Program-made: the position numbers and the translations under genes
Notes under the pieces: model-generated
Seen by the model: only the letters and a program-made list of their open reading frames with translations
Databases searched by the model: none
What the model was told of the DNA's origin: nothing
NCBI GenBank assembly: GCA_964291625.2
Contig: OZ220089.1
Coordinates: 2,112,001-2,176,000 of the forward strand
Direction of reading: 5' to 3'
DNA length: 64,000 nt
Origin: Candidatus Latescibacterota bacterium
GTDB taxonomy: Bacteria; Latescibacterota; UBA2968; UBA8231
In this document: positions 49,243 through 58,729 of the stretch, piece after piece
Layout of the letters: each line of letters starts with the position of its first letter
Position numbering within the stretch: the stretch's first letter is position 1

Positions 49243-50150
49243 GCGGGGCTCCCGAGACCGTGTGGGAGATCCCCGAGCCGATCTCGACCTGCGAGGTCGC
49301 CGTCGACGGCGACACCTCCATCACCGTGCGCCGCCACGGCAATCCGGAGGGACGGCGCCTCGTCCTCAGCCACGGCAACGGCCTGGCCATCGATCTCTAC
49401 TACCCCTTCTGGTCACTCCTGGCCGATGACTTCGACCTGATCGTCTACGATCTCCGGAACCACGGCTGGAACGCCGTCAGCCCTCTCCAGAGCCACAATG
49501 TGCCGACCTTCGTCAGCGACCACGACCTGATTCTCCAGGCGATCGACCGCCACTACGGCAAGAAGCCGAAAGTCGGGGTCTTCCATTCGATTGCCGCCCT
49601 GACGACGCTCCTCTCTCCCACGAAGGGCAGCGAGTACTCCGCCTACATCCTCTTCGATCCGCCCCTGTGCAAGCGTGGAGCCAGCTACGAGGAGTTCGAT
49701 GCGGCCAGTGAGCGGGTGGCCGCCATGACCCGACGGCGCACCCCGAAGTTCAAGACGAGGGAAGAGCTGGCAGAGGTCCTTCCCTACCTGCCGACCTACC
49801 AGCGGTCCGTGCCCGGTGTCTACGAGCTGGTGGCCCGAACGACGTTGCGCGAGTGCGCCGATGGAGAGGGATACGAACTGCGCTGTCCCCGCGAGTACGA
49901 GGCGCAGATCGTCGACTACGCCGCGCCCTACGCGGTCCTGGTCGACTTCGCCGCGTTCCGCTGTCCCATCAAGGTCATCGGCGCCGATCCCACCTTGCCC
50001 TTCTCCTACCTGCCGACCCTGGACCTCAGCCACATCCTTACGGTCAACTACGACTTCCTGCCCGAGACGACCCACCTCCTGCAGCTGGAACAACCCGGGG
50101 AGTGCGTCGCCCTGATGCGCGAGTTCCTCGAGGTGAACGCTCCCGCCTGA
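49239..50150 (+). CDS. supD: Alpha/beta-hydrolase (SupD-like)
   Basis: 'SHGNG' oxyanion region, 'YDLRNHG', 'FHSIA' elbow and 'THLLQLEQP' catalytic His region. Confidence 0.85.
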   Translation: MSGAPETVWEIPEPISTCEVAVDGDTSITVRRHGNPEGRRLVLSHGNGLAIDLYYPFWSLLADDFDLIVYDLRNHGWNAVSPLQSHNVPTFVSDHDLILQAIDRHYGKKPKVGVFHSIAALTTLLSPTKGSEYSAYILFDPPLCKRGASYEEFDAASERVAAMTRRRTPKFKTREELAEVLPYLPTYQRSVPGVYELVARTTLRECADGEGYELRCPREYEAQIVDYAAPYAVLVDFAAFRCPIKVIGADPTLPFSYLPTLDLSHILTVNYDFLPETTHLLQLEQPGECVALMREFLEVNAPA

Positions 50151-50222
50151 CCCGCGGCGCCGATCTGCCGCCGCTGTTGCAGCCGCGCGGGGCCTCGAGG
50201 GGTTCCGGGCAGCTCCCGGTCC

Positions 50223-51953
50223 CTACCCCGCCACCTGTACCGTGACGATGTCCAGGCCTTGGTACTTCTGGTGCCGGACCGAAGACGCGTAGTGGCGCAG
50301 CAGGCGGAAGGACAGCTCCCTCTCGTCCACGGTCTCGGCCTCCTCCTCCAGGTAGGCGAGACGGTCCTCCAGGTTCTCCTCGTCGAAGACGGCCAGGAAC
50401 TCCAGTTCCGCGGACCCGCCCTGGCGCCGTGCGGAGATGAGGAGGCGGGGCGCCTCTCCCCCGGCCCCGTCCTCCTGCTGCAGCAAGCTCGCGAAGGCCT
50501 CCTCCCCCGCCGAGCGCAGCCGCCCGGCGGCCTCGGCGCCCCAACCCATCCCGGCGGCCATCTCCAGCAGAAAGGCGTCGATCCGCGGAAGGTCGGAAGG
50601 GACCATCCGGACCTCCAGGCGCCGGCGCCGGGGGCTGGTCACCTCCAGGAAGGCCGTGAGGGCGATCGCCGTGGCCGTGCCCATGGTCATGCCGTTGCCC
50701 AGCAACGGCCCCCAGGGATCTCCCATGAGGCCGTCGAGGATGTCGCTGTGCTCCATGCCGAGACCGATGGAGAACGCCAGTCCCGCCACGATCGCGTTCT
50801 GCAGGTCGAGGCCGGCCCGCGCGAGAGTCTGTATCCCCTCCATGAAGAACATGCCGAGGGCCACCAGCAGGAAGCCCCCCATGACCGGGTTGGGGATGGC
50901 GAGAATCACTCCGGTCACCTTCGGACAGAAGGCCAGCACCGCGAGAAGGGCCCCCATGGCATATCCCACCTTGCGGGCCGAAACCCCGGTGAGGCGGATC
51001 AGGGAGGCCGTGAACGAGGAGTAGGAGCTCGTGGGCGGCGTCCCGGCCAGGCCCGACATCATGATGCCCGCCCCGTTGGCGTAGATCGAGCCCTGGACCA
51101 GGCGGAAGTCGGTCGCCCGGGGCCGGGGCCGCGCCGCCTGCTGGGCGACCATGCCGTCGCTGAGGTTCTTGATCGCCTGCACGAGGGTCACGATCAGGAA
51201 CATGGGAAGCAGGGCCCAGAGCCCGGAGGTCGGCCTCAGCTCCAGTCCCGGGAATCCGATCTCCGGAGCCCCGATCCAGGAAGCCCCGGCCAGACGGCCG
51301 AGGTCGTACAGTCCGAATGGCACCGACGCGGCGCAGCCCGCGGCGATGCCGATCAGCAGCGACCACGGCCTCCAGGTGCCGGGAGCGCGGAGCATCAGCA
51401 TCGTCGTGACGAAGAGGGTGACCGCGCCCGCCAGCGGGCCCGACACGGCCGATGCGCCCTCCGGTATCTCCCCCAGCCGATCGAAAGCGATGGGCAGGAC
51501 CATGGCCGCGATCAGCATGAGAACGGTGCCCGAGACGACCGGCGTGATGATGCGGCGCAGCAGCGGCAGCCACGTCGCAACGGCGATGTAGAAGAGCGAG
51601 GAGAGGACCACGAGACTGGCCAGCAGGGACGGCCCCCCCGTCTCCAGGGCCAGGACCGACACGGGAATGAAGTTCGGCGTGACGCCGGTGATGAGCAGGT
51701 GGCCGCCGCCCAGCCTGCCGATCCGGGCCGCCTGCAGGGCCGTGGCCGCCCCGGTGATGAGCAGGGCCGCGAAGACGGCCCACGACATGACGCGCTGATC
51801 CTGGCCGGCGGCGAGCACGGTGATGGCCACGACCAGCACCGTGGGCGCCAGCACGATGAGGATACCCTGAGCTCCGACCCCCAGGGCGAGGAACGGGGGA
51901 CACGGCTCGTCGGGTCCGTAGCGGGTCTCTTCCTCCAGCTGGGGTTTCTCCAA
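50223..51953 (-). CDS. NCS2 permease fused to a degenerate RsbW/HATPase-like domain, copy 2 (SupE-like)
   Basis: Same architecture as 30288..32026, with a shared C-terminal 'ENLEDRLAY...E.SFRLLRHYA.SVRHQKY...DIVTVQV'. Probable TTG start. Confidence 0.87.
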   Translation of the reverse strand: MEKPQLEEETRYGPDEPCPPFLALGVGAQGILIVLAPTVLVVAITVLAAGQDQRVMSWAVFAALLITGAATALQAARIGRLGGGHLLITGVTPNFIPVSVLALETGGPSLLASLVVLSSLFYIAVATWLPLLRRIITPVVSGTVLMLIAAMVLPIAFDRLGEIPEGASAVSGPLAGAVTLFVTTMLMLRAPGTWRPWSLLIGIAAGCAASVPFGLYDLGRLAGASWIGAPEIGFPGLELRPTSGLWALLPMFLIVTLVQAIKNLSDGMVAQQAARPRPRATDFRLVQGSIYANGAGIMMSGLAGTPPTSSYSSFTASLIRLTGVSARKVGYAMGALLAVLAFCPKVTGVILAIPNPVMGGFLLVALGMFFMEGIQTLARAGLDLQNAIVAGLAFSIGLGMEHSDILDGLMGDPWGPLLGNGMTMGTATAIALTAFLEVTSPRRRRLEVRMVPSDLPRIDAFLLEMAAGMGWGAEAAGRLRSAGEEAFASLLQQEDGAGGEAPRLLISARRQGGSAELEFLAVFDEENLEDRLAYLEEEAETVDERELSFRLLRHYASSVRHQKYQGLDIVTVQVAG

Positions 51954-51964
51954 GACGCCCGGGC

Positions 51965-53224
51965 TCAGGGCTCGAAGTGGAAGACCACCGGCAGCCCGGC
52001 CGTATCCGTGACCCCCGTGTCGGTGTGGTGGTAGATGTTCACCCTCCCCGTGCCGCAGTCGCCGAAGCCGTCGCAGGAGAGGGTCCCGATGAGGCCCGTG
52101 AAGCCCTCGGTGGCCCCGAGCTCCTCGCGCAGAGTGGCGCGGTCGACCCGCAGGGTCCCGCCGTCCTCCTCGGCGGCGGACTCGATGGCGCTGAGGAGCA
52201 CCGTGGTGGCGTCGTAGGCGTGGGCCCAGTACGGAGAGGTCGGAGGGCCGCCGTAGGTGGATTCGAAGGCGGCGAGCACCTCGTCCGCGCTCTTCCCCGT
52301 CGACCCGTTGACGTTCGACCCGAGGTCCGCCTCCGGACCGGCGAAGTACATGCCTTCCGACTGCGGGGTCCCGAGGAACTCCGAGACGAACAGGGCCGCG
52401 CCGGTGATCAGGGTCACCCCTTCCAGGCCGTCGAAGGCCCGCGCCTGCTCGGCGAAGGGCGTGCCCTCCCCCTCGAAGAGGGGGAAGAAGATGCCGTCGG
52501 GGCCGGCCTCGGCGAACTCCGCGAGGACGGAGGTCATGTCCGTGGCGCCCTTGTCGATCGTGGACGTGACGGGAACCTCTCCGCCGATGGCGAGGAAGGC
52601 CGAGGCGAAGGCGCTCACCAGGGCCGAGGTGTACGGGTCCCCGTCGTCGACGGCGGCCATGCGCCGCAAGCCCAGCTCGTTGTAGGCGAAGTCGGCCACG
52701 GCCTGTGCCTGGTAGAGGTCGTTGTTGGAGACCCGGAAGTAGCCGGCGTGGTAGTCCGGATTGGCATTGCCGGCCAGGTCGGAGGTCAGCAGGGGCGAGG
52801 TGTTGCTCGGCGAGACCATCACCAGCCCCGCTTCGCTGATCACCGGCGCCGCGGCGACGGCCGCGGCCGAGCAGGAGGTGCCTATGATCCCCAGCACCCG
52901 GCCATCGGCGGCGATCTGCTCGGCGCCGGCGCGGCCGCCCTCCGGCGAGCACATGGCGTCCATCGCTTCGCCGAGATCCACCGCGTGACCGTGGATGCTG
53001 CCGAAGTCCGCCACGGCCAGCTCGCACCCTTGGCGCAGCGCCGCCCCAAGGGACGGCACGACCGTGATGGAGAGCAGAGAGCGGATCTGCACGGCCTCGT
53101 CGGCTCCGATCTCGACGGCGCCGAGCGGTCCGGGCTCGGGGCCCACGGAGTCATCCTCGCCGCCGCATCCCATCGCCAGGACGGCGAGGACCGGGAGGGA
53201 GCACTTCCTGATCGTTATGAACAT
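51965..53224 (-). CDS. Branched-chain-amino-acid-type substrate-binding lipoprotein
   Basis: Lipobox 'LAMGC', 'IIGTSCS', 'SPSNTSP', 'YFRV' and 'AYDA'. Confidence 0.88.
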   Translation of the reverse strand: MFITIRKCSLPVLAVLAMGCGGEDDSVGPEPGPLGAVEIGADEAVQIRSLLSITVVPSLGAALRQGCELAVADFGSIHGHAVDLGEAMDAMCSPEGGRAGAEQIAADGRVLGIIGTSCSAAAVAAAPVISEAGLVMVSPSNTSPLLTSDLAGNANPDYHAGYFRVSNNDLYQAQAVADFAYNELGLRRMAAVDDGDPYTSALVSAFASAFLAIGGEVPVTSTIDKGATDMTSVLAEFAEAGPDGIFFPLFEGEGTPFAEQARAFDGLEGVTLITGAALFVSEFLGTPQSEGMYFAGPEADLGSNVNGSTGKSADEVLAAFESTYGGPPTSPYWAHAYDATTVLLSAIESAAEEDGGTLRVDRATLREELGATEGFTGLIGTLSCDGFGDCGTGRVNIYHHTDTGVTDTAGLPVVFHFEP

Positions 53225-53328
53225 GGTCACGTCTCCTGGCGAATCACGTGGAGGCCACGGGGGAGGGCCCGAGGCCGGCCAGCCCCGGAATGACCGCGGC
53301 ACGAAGTCGCTTCACGACGATCTCCCTG

Positions 53329-53757
53329 CTACTCCCTCTTCCTCAGGAGATGGATCCCCATGGCGCCCAACAGGAGCGGAAGGGTGGCGTCGATGAGTAT
53401 CCACACCAGGGTGGCCGTATCGTTGCCCGGGGCGGTGAAGCGGGGCATGAGCAGGTTGAACCAGCTCCAGAAGAAGAGGATGCCCACGCACAGGAGCCCG
53501 TAGAGCTGGGTGTTGGCAGCGAGGTACTCGCGGGTCACTCCGGCGTCGGTTCCCTGGCCGTCGGCCTCCTGCTTCCGCCGGTACCCGAGGATGAGGCCCA
53601 GGACGATGGCCACTGCCATCAGGGGGTCCAGGATGTTCCAGGCGGGGCTGTACGGCTGCCCGTCACTCGACACGTGGTACAGAGGTTCGAGGACGGTGTG
53701 AACGGCGACCGCTGCCGCCACCGCGGTCAGGAAGACGCCGACTATGCGCTTGAGCAT
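53329..53757 (-). CDS. Hypothetical 4-TM membrane protein
   Basis: 142 aa with four hydrophobic segments and an AGGAG RBS. Confidence 0.75.
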   Translation of the reverse strand: MLKRIVGVFLTAVAAAVAVHTVLEPLYHVSSDGQPYSPAWNILDPLMAVAIVLGLILGYRRKQEADGQGTDAGVTREYLAANTQLYGLLCVGILFFWSWFNLLMPRFTAPGNDTATLVWILIDATLPLLLGAMGIHLLRKRE

Positions 53758-53769
53758 GACTCAGCTCCT

Positions 53770-54729
53770 TCAGGTCAAGGTGGTCCGGGGCTCCACCTTC
53801 GTCTCCACGGGGCCCTGGAGTGCCGACTGGCTCTGCCTCGAAGAGGCGTCGCTGGACTGCGCCATCATGCCGCTGTCAGGGTCCCCGCCGGCGGCGGTCA
53901 CCCATACCTCGACCTCGAGCCGGATCTCCCCGCCGCCGTGGAGGATGCCTCGGGTCGGAGAGACGTCCCGGTAGTCGCGGCCCGTGGCGATGCGCACCTC
54001 CCCGCCCCCGCCGGCGAGGCTCTGGTTGGTGGGGTCGAAGCCCACCCAGCCGAGCCCCGGCAGCCGGCACTCGACCCAGGCGTGCGTGGCGTTGCCGGTC
54101 CCGTGGACGTAGCCGGAGACATAGCGGGCGGGGATGCCCCAGGAGCGGACGATGGCGATCATGAGGTGAGAGTAGTCCTGGCAGACCCCGCGCCCCGTCT
54201 CCAGGATGTGCTCGACGGAGGACTCCGCCGAGGTGCTCCCGGGGATGTACTCCAGGCGGCCGAAGAGGGTGTCGGAGAGCCTCGACAGGCTCTGGAGAGG
54301 GTCGCCGCAGGGCTCGATGCCATGGCGCGCGACGAATGCGTCGAGACCGGGCGAGGGCTGCACGAGAGCGCTCGGGCGCGTGAAGCTCCAGTCGGCGAAG
54401 GTCCCCTTCGGGGAGCGGATCTCCGCCCAGGCGCCGTCCCTCAGGCGTTCCGGCAGGGCGGGGGCAGGGGCCGCATCGACGGTGGAGCGGGTCCTGATCT
54501 CGAGGCTCTGGTGCTCGCCGTGAAGGTCGAGGAGATGCCTGGCATTGCCGAAGCTGTCCGTCTCGCGGTTGAGGGAAGCCGCCGGACGCGTCTCGATCTC
54601 GAATTCGAGGAGCCGCTGGCCGCGGTCCTGCAGCGGCTCGAGGCAGAGCAGCATGACGCACTGCCGCACGCTGCTGTCATAGCTGTAGCGCGAGAGGTGC
54701 TCGATCTCGTAACGGACGGCTCCGGACAT
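53770..54729 (-). CDS. Transglutaminase-like protein with bacterial N-terminal domain
   Basis: 'Y.IEH.S.Y.Y', 'DSFGN', and catalytic 'GVCQDYSH', 'ARYVSGY', 'THAWVE', 'GFDPTN'. Confidence 0.92.
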   Translation of the reverse strand: MSGAVRYEIEHLSRYSYDSSVRQCVMLLCLEPLQDRGQRLLEFEIETRPAASLNRETDSFGNARHLLDLHGEHQSLEIRTRSTVDAAPAPALPERLRDGAWAEIRSPKGTFADWSFTRPSALVQPSPGLDAFVARHGIEPCGDPLQSLSRLSDTLFGRLEYIPGSTSAESSVEHILETGRGVCQDYSHLMIAIVRSWGIPARYVSGYVHGTGNATHAWVECRLPGLGWVGFDPTNQSLAGGGGEVRIATGRDYRDVSPTRGILHGGGEIRLEVEVWVTAAGGDPDSGMMAQSSDASSRQSQSALQGPVETKVEPRTTLT

Positions 54730-54734
54730 CGATC

Positions 54735-55700
54735 TCAGTGCACCGGGGAGTCCTCGACCGCGTAGTCGAAGAAGGCGGCGGTCACGAGGTCGTGCAGGTT
54801 CCGGCAGTGCTCCCCCACCTGGGCCAGCAGGACCTCGCGGTCTTCCCGGTCCGGCCATTCGTAGCGGATCAGGGCGCACAGGCGGCCGCCTAGACGCCCG
54901 GCCGCCGCCCCGGCGCGGGCCCCCGGCCCGGAACCGCTGGCGGCGAGCTCCTCCGCCAGGGAGTCGAGGGCCCGGCACAGGGAGCCGGGCAGCAGGGGAT
55001 CGGTGACCAGCAGGTCCAGCACCCGGTCGCCCTGGACCTCGACGCTGTACCTCCTCTTGTAGGCTTCGAAGGCCTGGCAGGCGCGCAGCAGGCTCATCCA
55101 GCCCCGGTCGGCGGTTCCTCCCTGCTCCCGGCCGGCGAGCTGGGCCTGCAGGAAGGCGGACAGCAGCTGGACCCTTTCGATGAAGCGGCCGAGCCGCATG
55201 AATCGCCAGCCTTCGTCGCGGTACATGGTCGCCTCGGCGACACCGCTGAAGGTGTCGATCTCCCGGGTGGTCTCGGCGTAGAAGCTCTCCGGCGAGACCT
55301 TCCAGATGTCCTCGATGCCGATGTCGCGGATGCGCAGCCACGAGAGGTTGAGGCAGGTCCACATCTCGGCGCTGATGCAGTTGCGCATCTGGCGGGCGTT
55401 CTCGCGGCCCAGGGCGACGCAGCGGCGCACCGAATCCGGGTTGGAGCGCTCGAAGGTGAGGTCCCCGGCCAGGGTGTAGGAATCGGCCAGGACGTAGTCG
55501 TCGCTGCCGCCGGTACCAAGATCCCCGCCCGGGGGCAGGCGGCCGAGGCCGGCGTAGATCCGGCTCCAGCCCCAGTGGATCTCCTCCACGGGCCGGTCCA
55601 CCAGTGACTCCACCTGCAGGCGCAGCAGACGGCAGAGATGCTCCGCCCGCTCGAGGTAGCGGCCCATCCAGTACAGGCCCTGGCCGCTGCGCGCGAGCAT
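54735..55700 (-). CDS. Alpha-E domain protein (DUF403)
   Basis: 'MLAR....LYWMGRYLERAE', 'RENAR' and 'LGRFIER'. Confidence 0.92.
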   Translation of the reverse strand: MLARSGQGLYWMGRYLERAEHLCRLLRLQVESLVDRPVEEIHWGWSRIYAGLGRLPPGGDLGTGGSDDYVLADSYTLAGDLTFERSNPDSVRRCVALGRENARQMRNCISAEMWTCLNLSWLRIRDIGIEDIWKVSPESFYAETTREIDTFSGVAEATMYRDEGWRFMRLGRFIERVQLLSAFLQAQLAGREQGGTADRGWMSLLRACQAFEAYKRRYSVEVQGDRVLDLLVTDPLLPGSLCRALDSLAEELAASGSGPGARAGAAAGRLGGRLCALIRYEWPDREDREVLLAQVGEHCRNLHDLVTAAFFDYAVEDSPVH

Positions 55701-57134
55701 TCAGTTCTCCAGCACCCAGAGGTCCTTGCCGCCGCCGCCCTGGCTCGAGTTGACAACGATGCTGCCCCGGCGCAACGCCACCCGGCAGAAGGCCCCGGGG
55801 ACGATGCGGGTCTCTCGGCCGTGGAGGACGAAGGGGCGCAGGTCGACATGGCGCGGCTCCGGACGGCCCTCTATGAAGCAGGGCGCACGCGACAGGGCCA
55901 GCACCGGCTGCGAGATGAATGCCGCCGGGTCGGCCCGAAGCTCCTCGGCGTAGGCGTGGCGCTCCTCCGCGGTCGAGTGGGGACCGACGAGCATGCCGTA
56001 GCCGCCGGACTCGCCCACCCGCTTGACGATGAGGTCCTGCAGGTTGTCGAGGGTGTACTCCAGGTCGCCAGGCCTTCGGCACAGGTAGGTCTCGACGCTG
56101 GCGAGGATCGGCTCCTCGCCGAGGTAGTAGCGGATCATGTCGGGGACGAAGGCGTAGACGCTCTTGTCGTCGGCCACCCCCGTCCCCGGGGCGTTGGCCA
56201 GGGCGACGCGCCCGCTCTTGTAGGCGTGCATCAGCCCCGGCACTCCGAGGAGCGAGTCGGAACGGAAGACGAGGGGGTCGAGGAAGTCGTCGTCCACCCT
56301 GCGGTAGATGACATCCACGCGCCGCAGTCCTTCGGTGGTGCGCATGTAGACGAAGCCGTCGTTGACCAGCAGGTCGCGGCCTTCAACGAGGGCTGCGCCG
56401 ATCTCCTGGGCCAGGAAGATGTGCTCGTAGAAGGCCGAGTTGGCCACCCCCGGGGTGAGCAGGGCGATGCAGGGGTCGGGACCCCCGCCGGGAGCGAGCT
56501 CGCGGAGCGTCTCGAGCAGCACCTGCCCGTACTGCTCCACCTCCCGGACCCGGCAGTCGCGGTAGAGGCGGCGCAGGCTCGACTTGACCACCTTGCGGTT
56601 GGCGATCATGTAGGAGACTCCGGAGGGCACCCGCAGGTTGTCCTCGAGCACCAGCCAGCCGTCGTTGGTGCGCACCAGGTCGGTGCCGCAGACGGCGACC
56701 CAGGTCCCGTGGGACACCGGAACCCCGCACATCTCGACGCGGTACTGGGGACAACCGCGCACCAGGTCGACAGGGACCACGCCGTCGGCGATGATCCGGG
56801 CCCCCCCGTACACGTCCTCCAGAAAGCGGTTCAGGGCGGCCAGGCGCTGGGTGAGCCCCGTCTCCAGGTGCCGCCACTCCTCGGCGGAGAGGATGCGGGG
56901 AACGCAGTCGACGGGGATGATGCGCTCGTCCGCCTCGTCGTCGCCGTACACCGTGAAGGTGATGCCCTCGTTGGAGAAGGAGCGCGTGACCCGCTCCTGG
57001 ATCCGGCCCGCTTCCTCCGCGGAGAGCTGGCTCAAGGTGTCGTACAGAGGCTGGCAGTGCCCGCGCGTCGTGCCGTCCGGCAGGAACATCTCGTCGTAGA
57101 TCGCGGCGTCGAGATCGTAGGCGTCGAAGTCCAT
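55701..57134 (-). CDS. Circularly permuted type 2 ATP-grasp protein
   Basis: 'GITFTVY', 'VLEDNLRVPSGVSY', 'IYRRVDDDFLDP', 'HVDLRPF' and 'VNSSQGGGGKD'. Confidence 0.95.
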   Translation of the reverse strand: MDFDAYDLDAAIYDEMFLPDGTTRGHCQPLYDTLSQLSAEEAGRIQERVTRSFSNEGITFTVYGDDEADERIIPVDCVPRILSAEEWRHLETGLTQRLAALNRFLEDVYGGARIIADGVVPVDLVRGCPQYRVEMCGVPVSHGTWVAVCGTDLVRTNDGWLVLEDNLRVPSGVSYMIANRKVVKSSLRRLYRDCRVREVEQYGQVLLETLRELAPGGGPDPCIALLTPGVANSAFYEHIFLAQEIGAALVEGRDLLVNDGFVYMRTTEGLRRVDVIYRRVDDDFLDPLVFRSDSLLGVPGLMHAYKSGRVALANAPGTGVADDKSVYAFVPDMIRYYLGEEPILASVETYLCRRPGDLEYTLDNLQDLIVKRVGESGGYGMLVGPHSTAEERHAYAEELRADPAAFISQPVLALSRAPCFIEGRPEPRHVDLRPFVLHGRETRIVPGAFCRVALRRGSIVVNSSQGGGGKDLWVLEN

Positions 57135-57167
57135 GGGACGGCTCGCCGGCGGTGAGTGCGGAGCTGT

Positions 57168-58574
57168 TCAGTCCGGGTCCCGGAAGTCCCCCCCCTCCTC
57201 GGCATCGACCATGAGGGCGAATTCGGGGTAGGCGTCGATGCCCAGCTCACCCGCGTCCTGGCCGATGTCCTCCACGTCGCGCGAGACCCGGGCGCCCACG
57301 GTCCTGCTCAGCCCGAGCCACAGCAGGAGGGAAACGGTGAAGACGAAGGCTCCCACGCTCAGCACTCCGATGAGCTGCACGTGGAACTTCCCTCCCGCGG
57401 CGATGCAGACCGCCAGGGTGCCCCAGATGCCCGCGAGGAGATGGGCGGGAACCGCCCCGACAACGTCGTCGATCCTCAAGCGCTCCAGCAGCTTCAGTCC
57501 CGCCGTGCACAGGACCGAGCCCACGGCGCCGATGACGATCGCCCACCTGGGATCGGTGATGTCCGGCCCGGCGGTGATCGCCACCAGGCCGGCGATGGCG
57601 CCGTTGAGGGCGGCGAAGAGATCGGTCCTTCCGAGGATGGGCCGCGACACGAGGATCGCCGTTACCACGCCCGCCGCGGCGGCCAGGTTGGTGTTCACCA
57701 GGACATTGCTCATGGCCACCGCATCGGACACGCCGGCAAGGGCCAGCTGGGAGCCGCCGTTGAAGCCGAACCAGCCCAGCCAGAGGATGAAGACCCCGAG
57801 GGTGACGGCGGGGATGTTGGACGGAGGCGTGACCTTCACCGAGCCGTCCTTGCGGAACTTGCCCCAACGCGGCCCCACGACGATGGCGCCCGCCAGGGCC
57901 GCCCAGCCGCCGGTGGAATGGACGATGGTGGAACCCGCGAAGTCCTGGAAACCCATCTTGGCGAGCCAGCCCCCTCCCCAGGTCCAGGCGCCGACGACGG
58001 GGTAGATGATCGCGGTCAGGACCGCGGTGAAGGCGAAGAAGGCCCAGAGCTTGACCCGCTCGGCCAGGGTCCCCGAGACGATGGAGGCGGTGGTGGCCAC
58101 GAAGACCATCTGGAAGAACCAGTCCGACATGGTGGAGTAATTGCTGGCCGCCACCCCCGCCAGGGCCGACTCGTCCCCGCCCAGCAGGGCCCGTTCAGCT
58201 GCGGAGGGCCCGTAGAAGAGGTCGAAGGAGCCGATCAGGGCCCCCACATCGACGTACATGAGGCTGTACCCGATGATGTAGTAGGCGAGGCCGGCGATGG
58301 AGTACAGGCCGATATTCTTGAGGCAGATCATGGAGGCGTTCTTCGAGCGCACCGAGCCGGACTCCAGCATGGTGAAGCCGGCGCACATCCACATGATGAG
58401 GACGCCCCAGACCAGGAAGGAGAAGGTGTTGAGGACGAAGTCGGTCTCGGCGGAGGCCGACGCCGGCGAAGGAGCCAGGAGGATCGCGGCGATGGCGAGG
58501 ATCCCGGCGGCGCCGGCCATTCCGGGGATCCGCGACTTTCGTTCCGTGGCAGGTTGGTCTTGACGTACTCTCAT
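57168..58574 (-). CDS. amtB: Ammonium transporter
   Basis: 'GFTMLESG', 'FQMVF', 'AER', 'DFAGSTIVH', 'LWLGWFGFNGGS' and 'DDVVGA..H'. Confidence 0.95.
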   Translation of the reverse strand: MRVRQDQPATERKSRIPGMAGAAGILAIAAILLAPSPASASAETDFVLNTFSFLVWGVLIMWMCAGFTMLESGSVRSKNASMICLKNIGLYSIAGLAYYIIGYSLMYVDVGALIGSFDLFYGPSAAERALLGGDESALAGVAASNYSTMSDWFFQMVFVATTASIVSGTLAERVKLWAFFAFTAVLTAIIYPVVGAWTWGGGWLAKMGFQDFAGSTIVHSTGGWAALAGAIVVGPRWGKFRKDGSVKVTPPSNIPAVTLGVFILWLGWFGFNGGSQLALAGVSDAVAMSNVLVNTNLAAAAGVVTAILVSRPILGRTDLFAALNGAIAGLVAITAGPDITDPRWAIVIGAVGSVLCTAGLKLLERLRIDDVVGAVPAHLLAGIWGTLAVCIAAGGKFHVQLIGVLSVGAFVFTVSLLLWLGLSRTVGARVSRDVEDIGQDAGELGIDAYPEFALMVDAEEGGDFRDPD

Positions 58575-58729
58575 CTCGATATGCTCCTGCGCTGGATTTC
58601 GGCATGTGCCGTTCATCGGTTTGCGATGGGTGGTGTTCGCGCGAGCACCGCCCTGGCCGGGCCGTGCGCCGACGGACACTCCGCGCCGACGGCCTCCCGC
58701 GGATGCGCTGCACTCCATGGATCTCGGGC

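Noticed and set aside
58575-58729. Sigma54 promoter upstream of amtB
   Set aside because: A CGGCAC is present on the minus strand, but there is no GC at the required -12 spacing.
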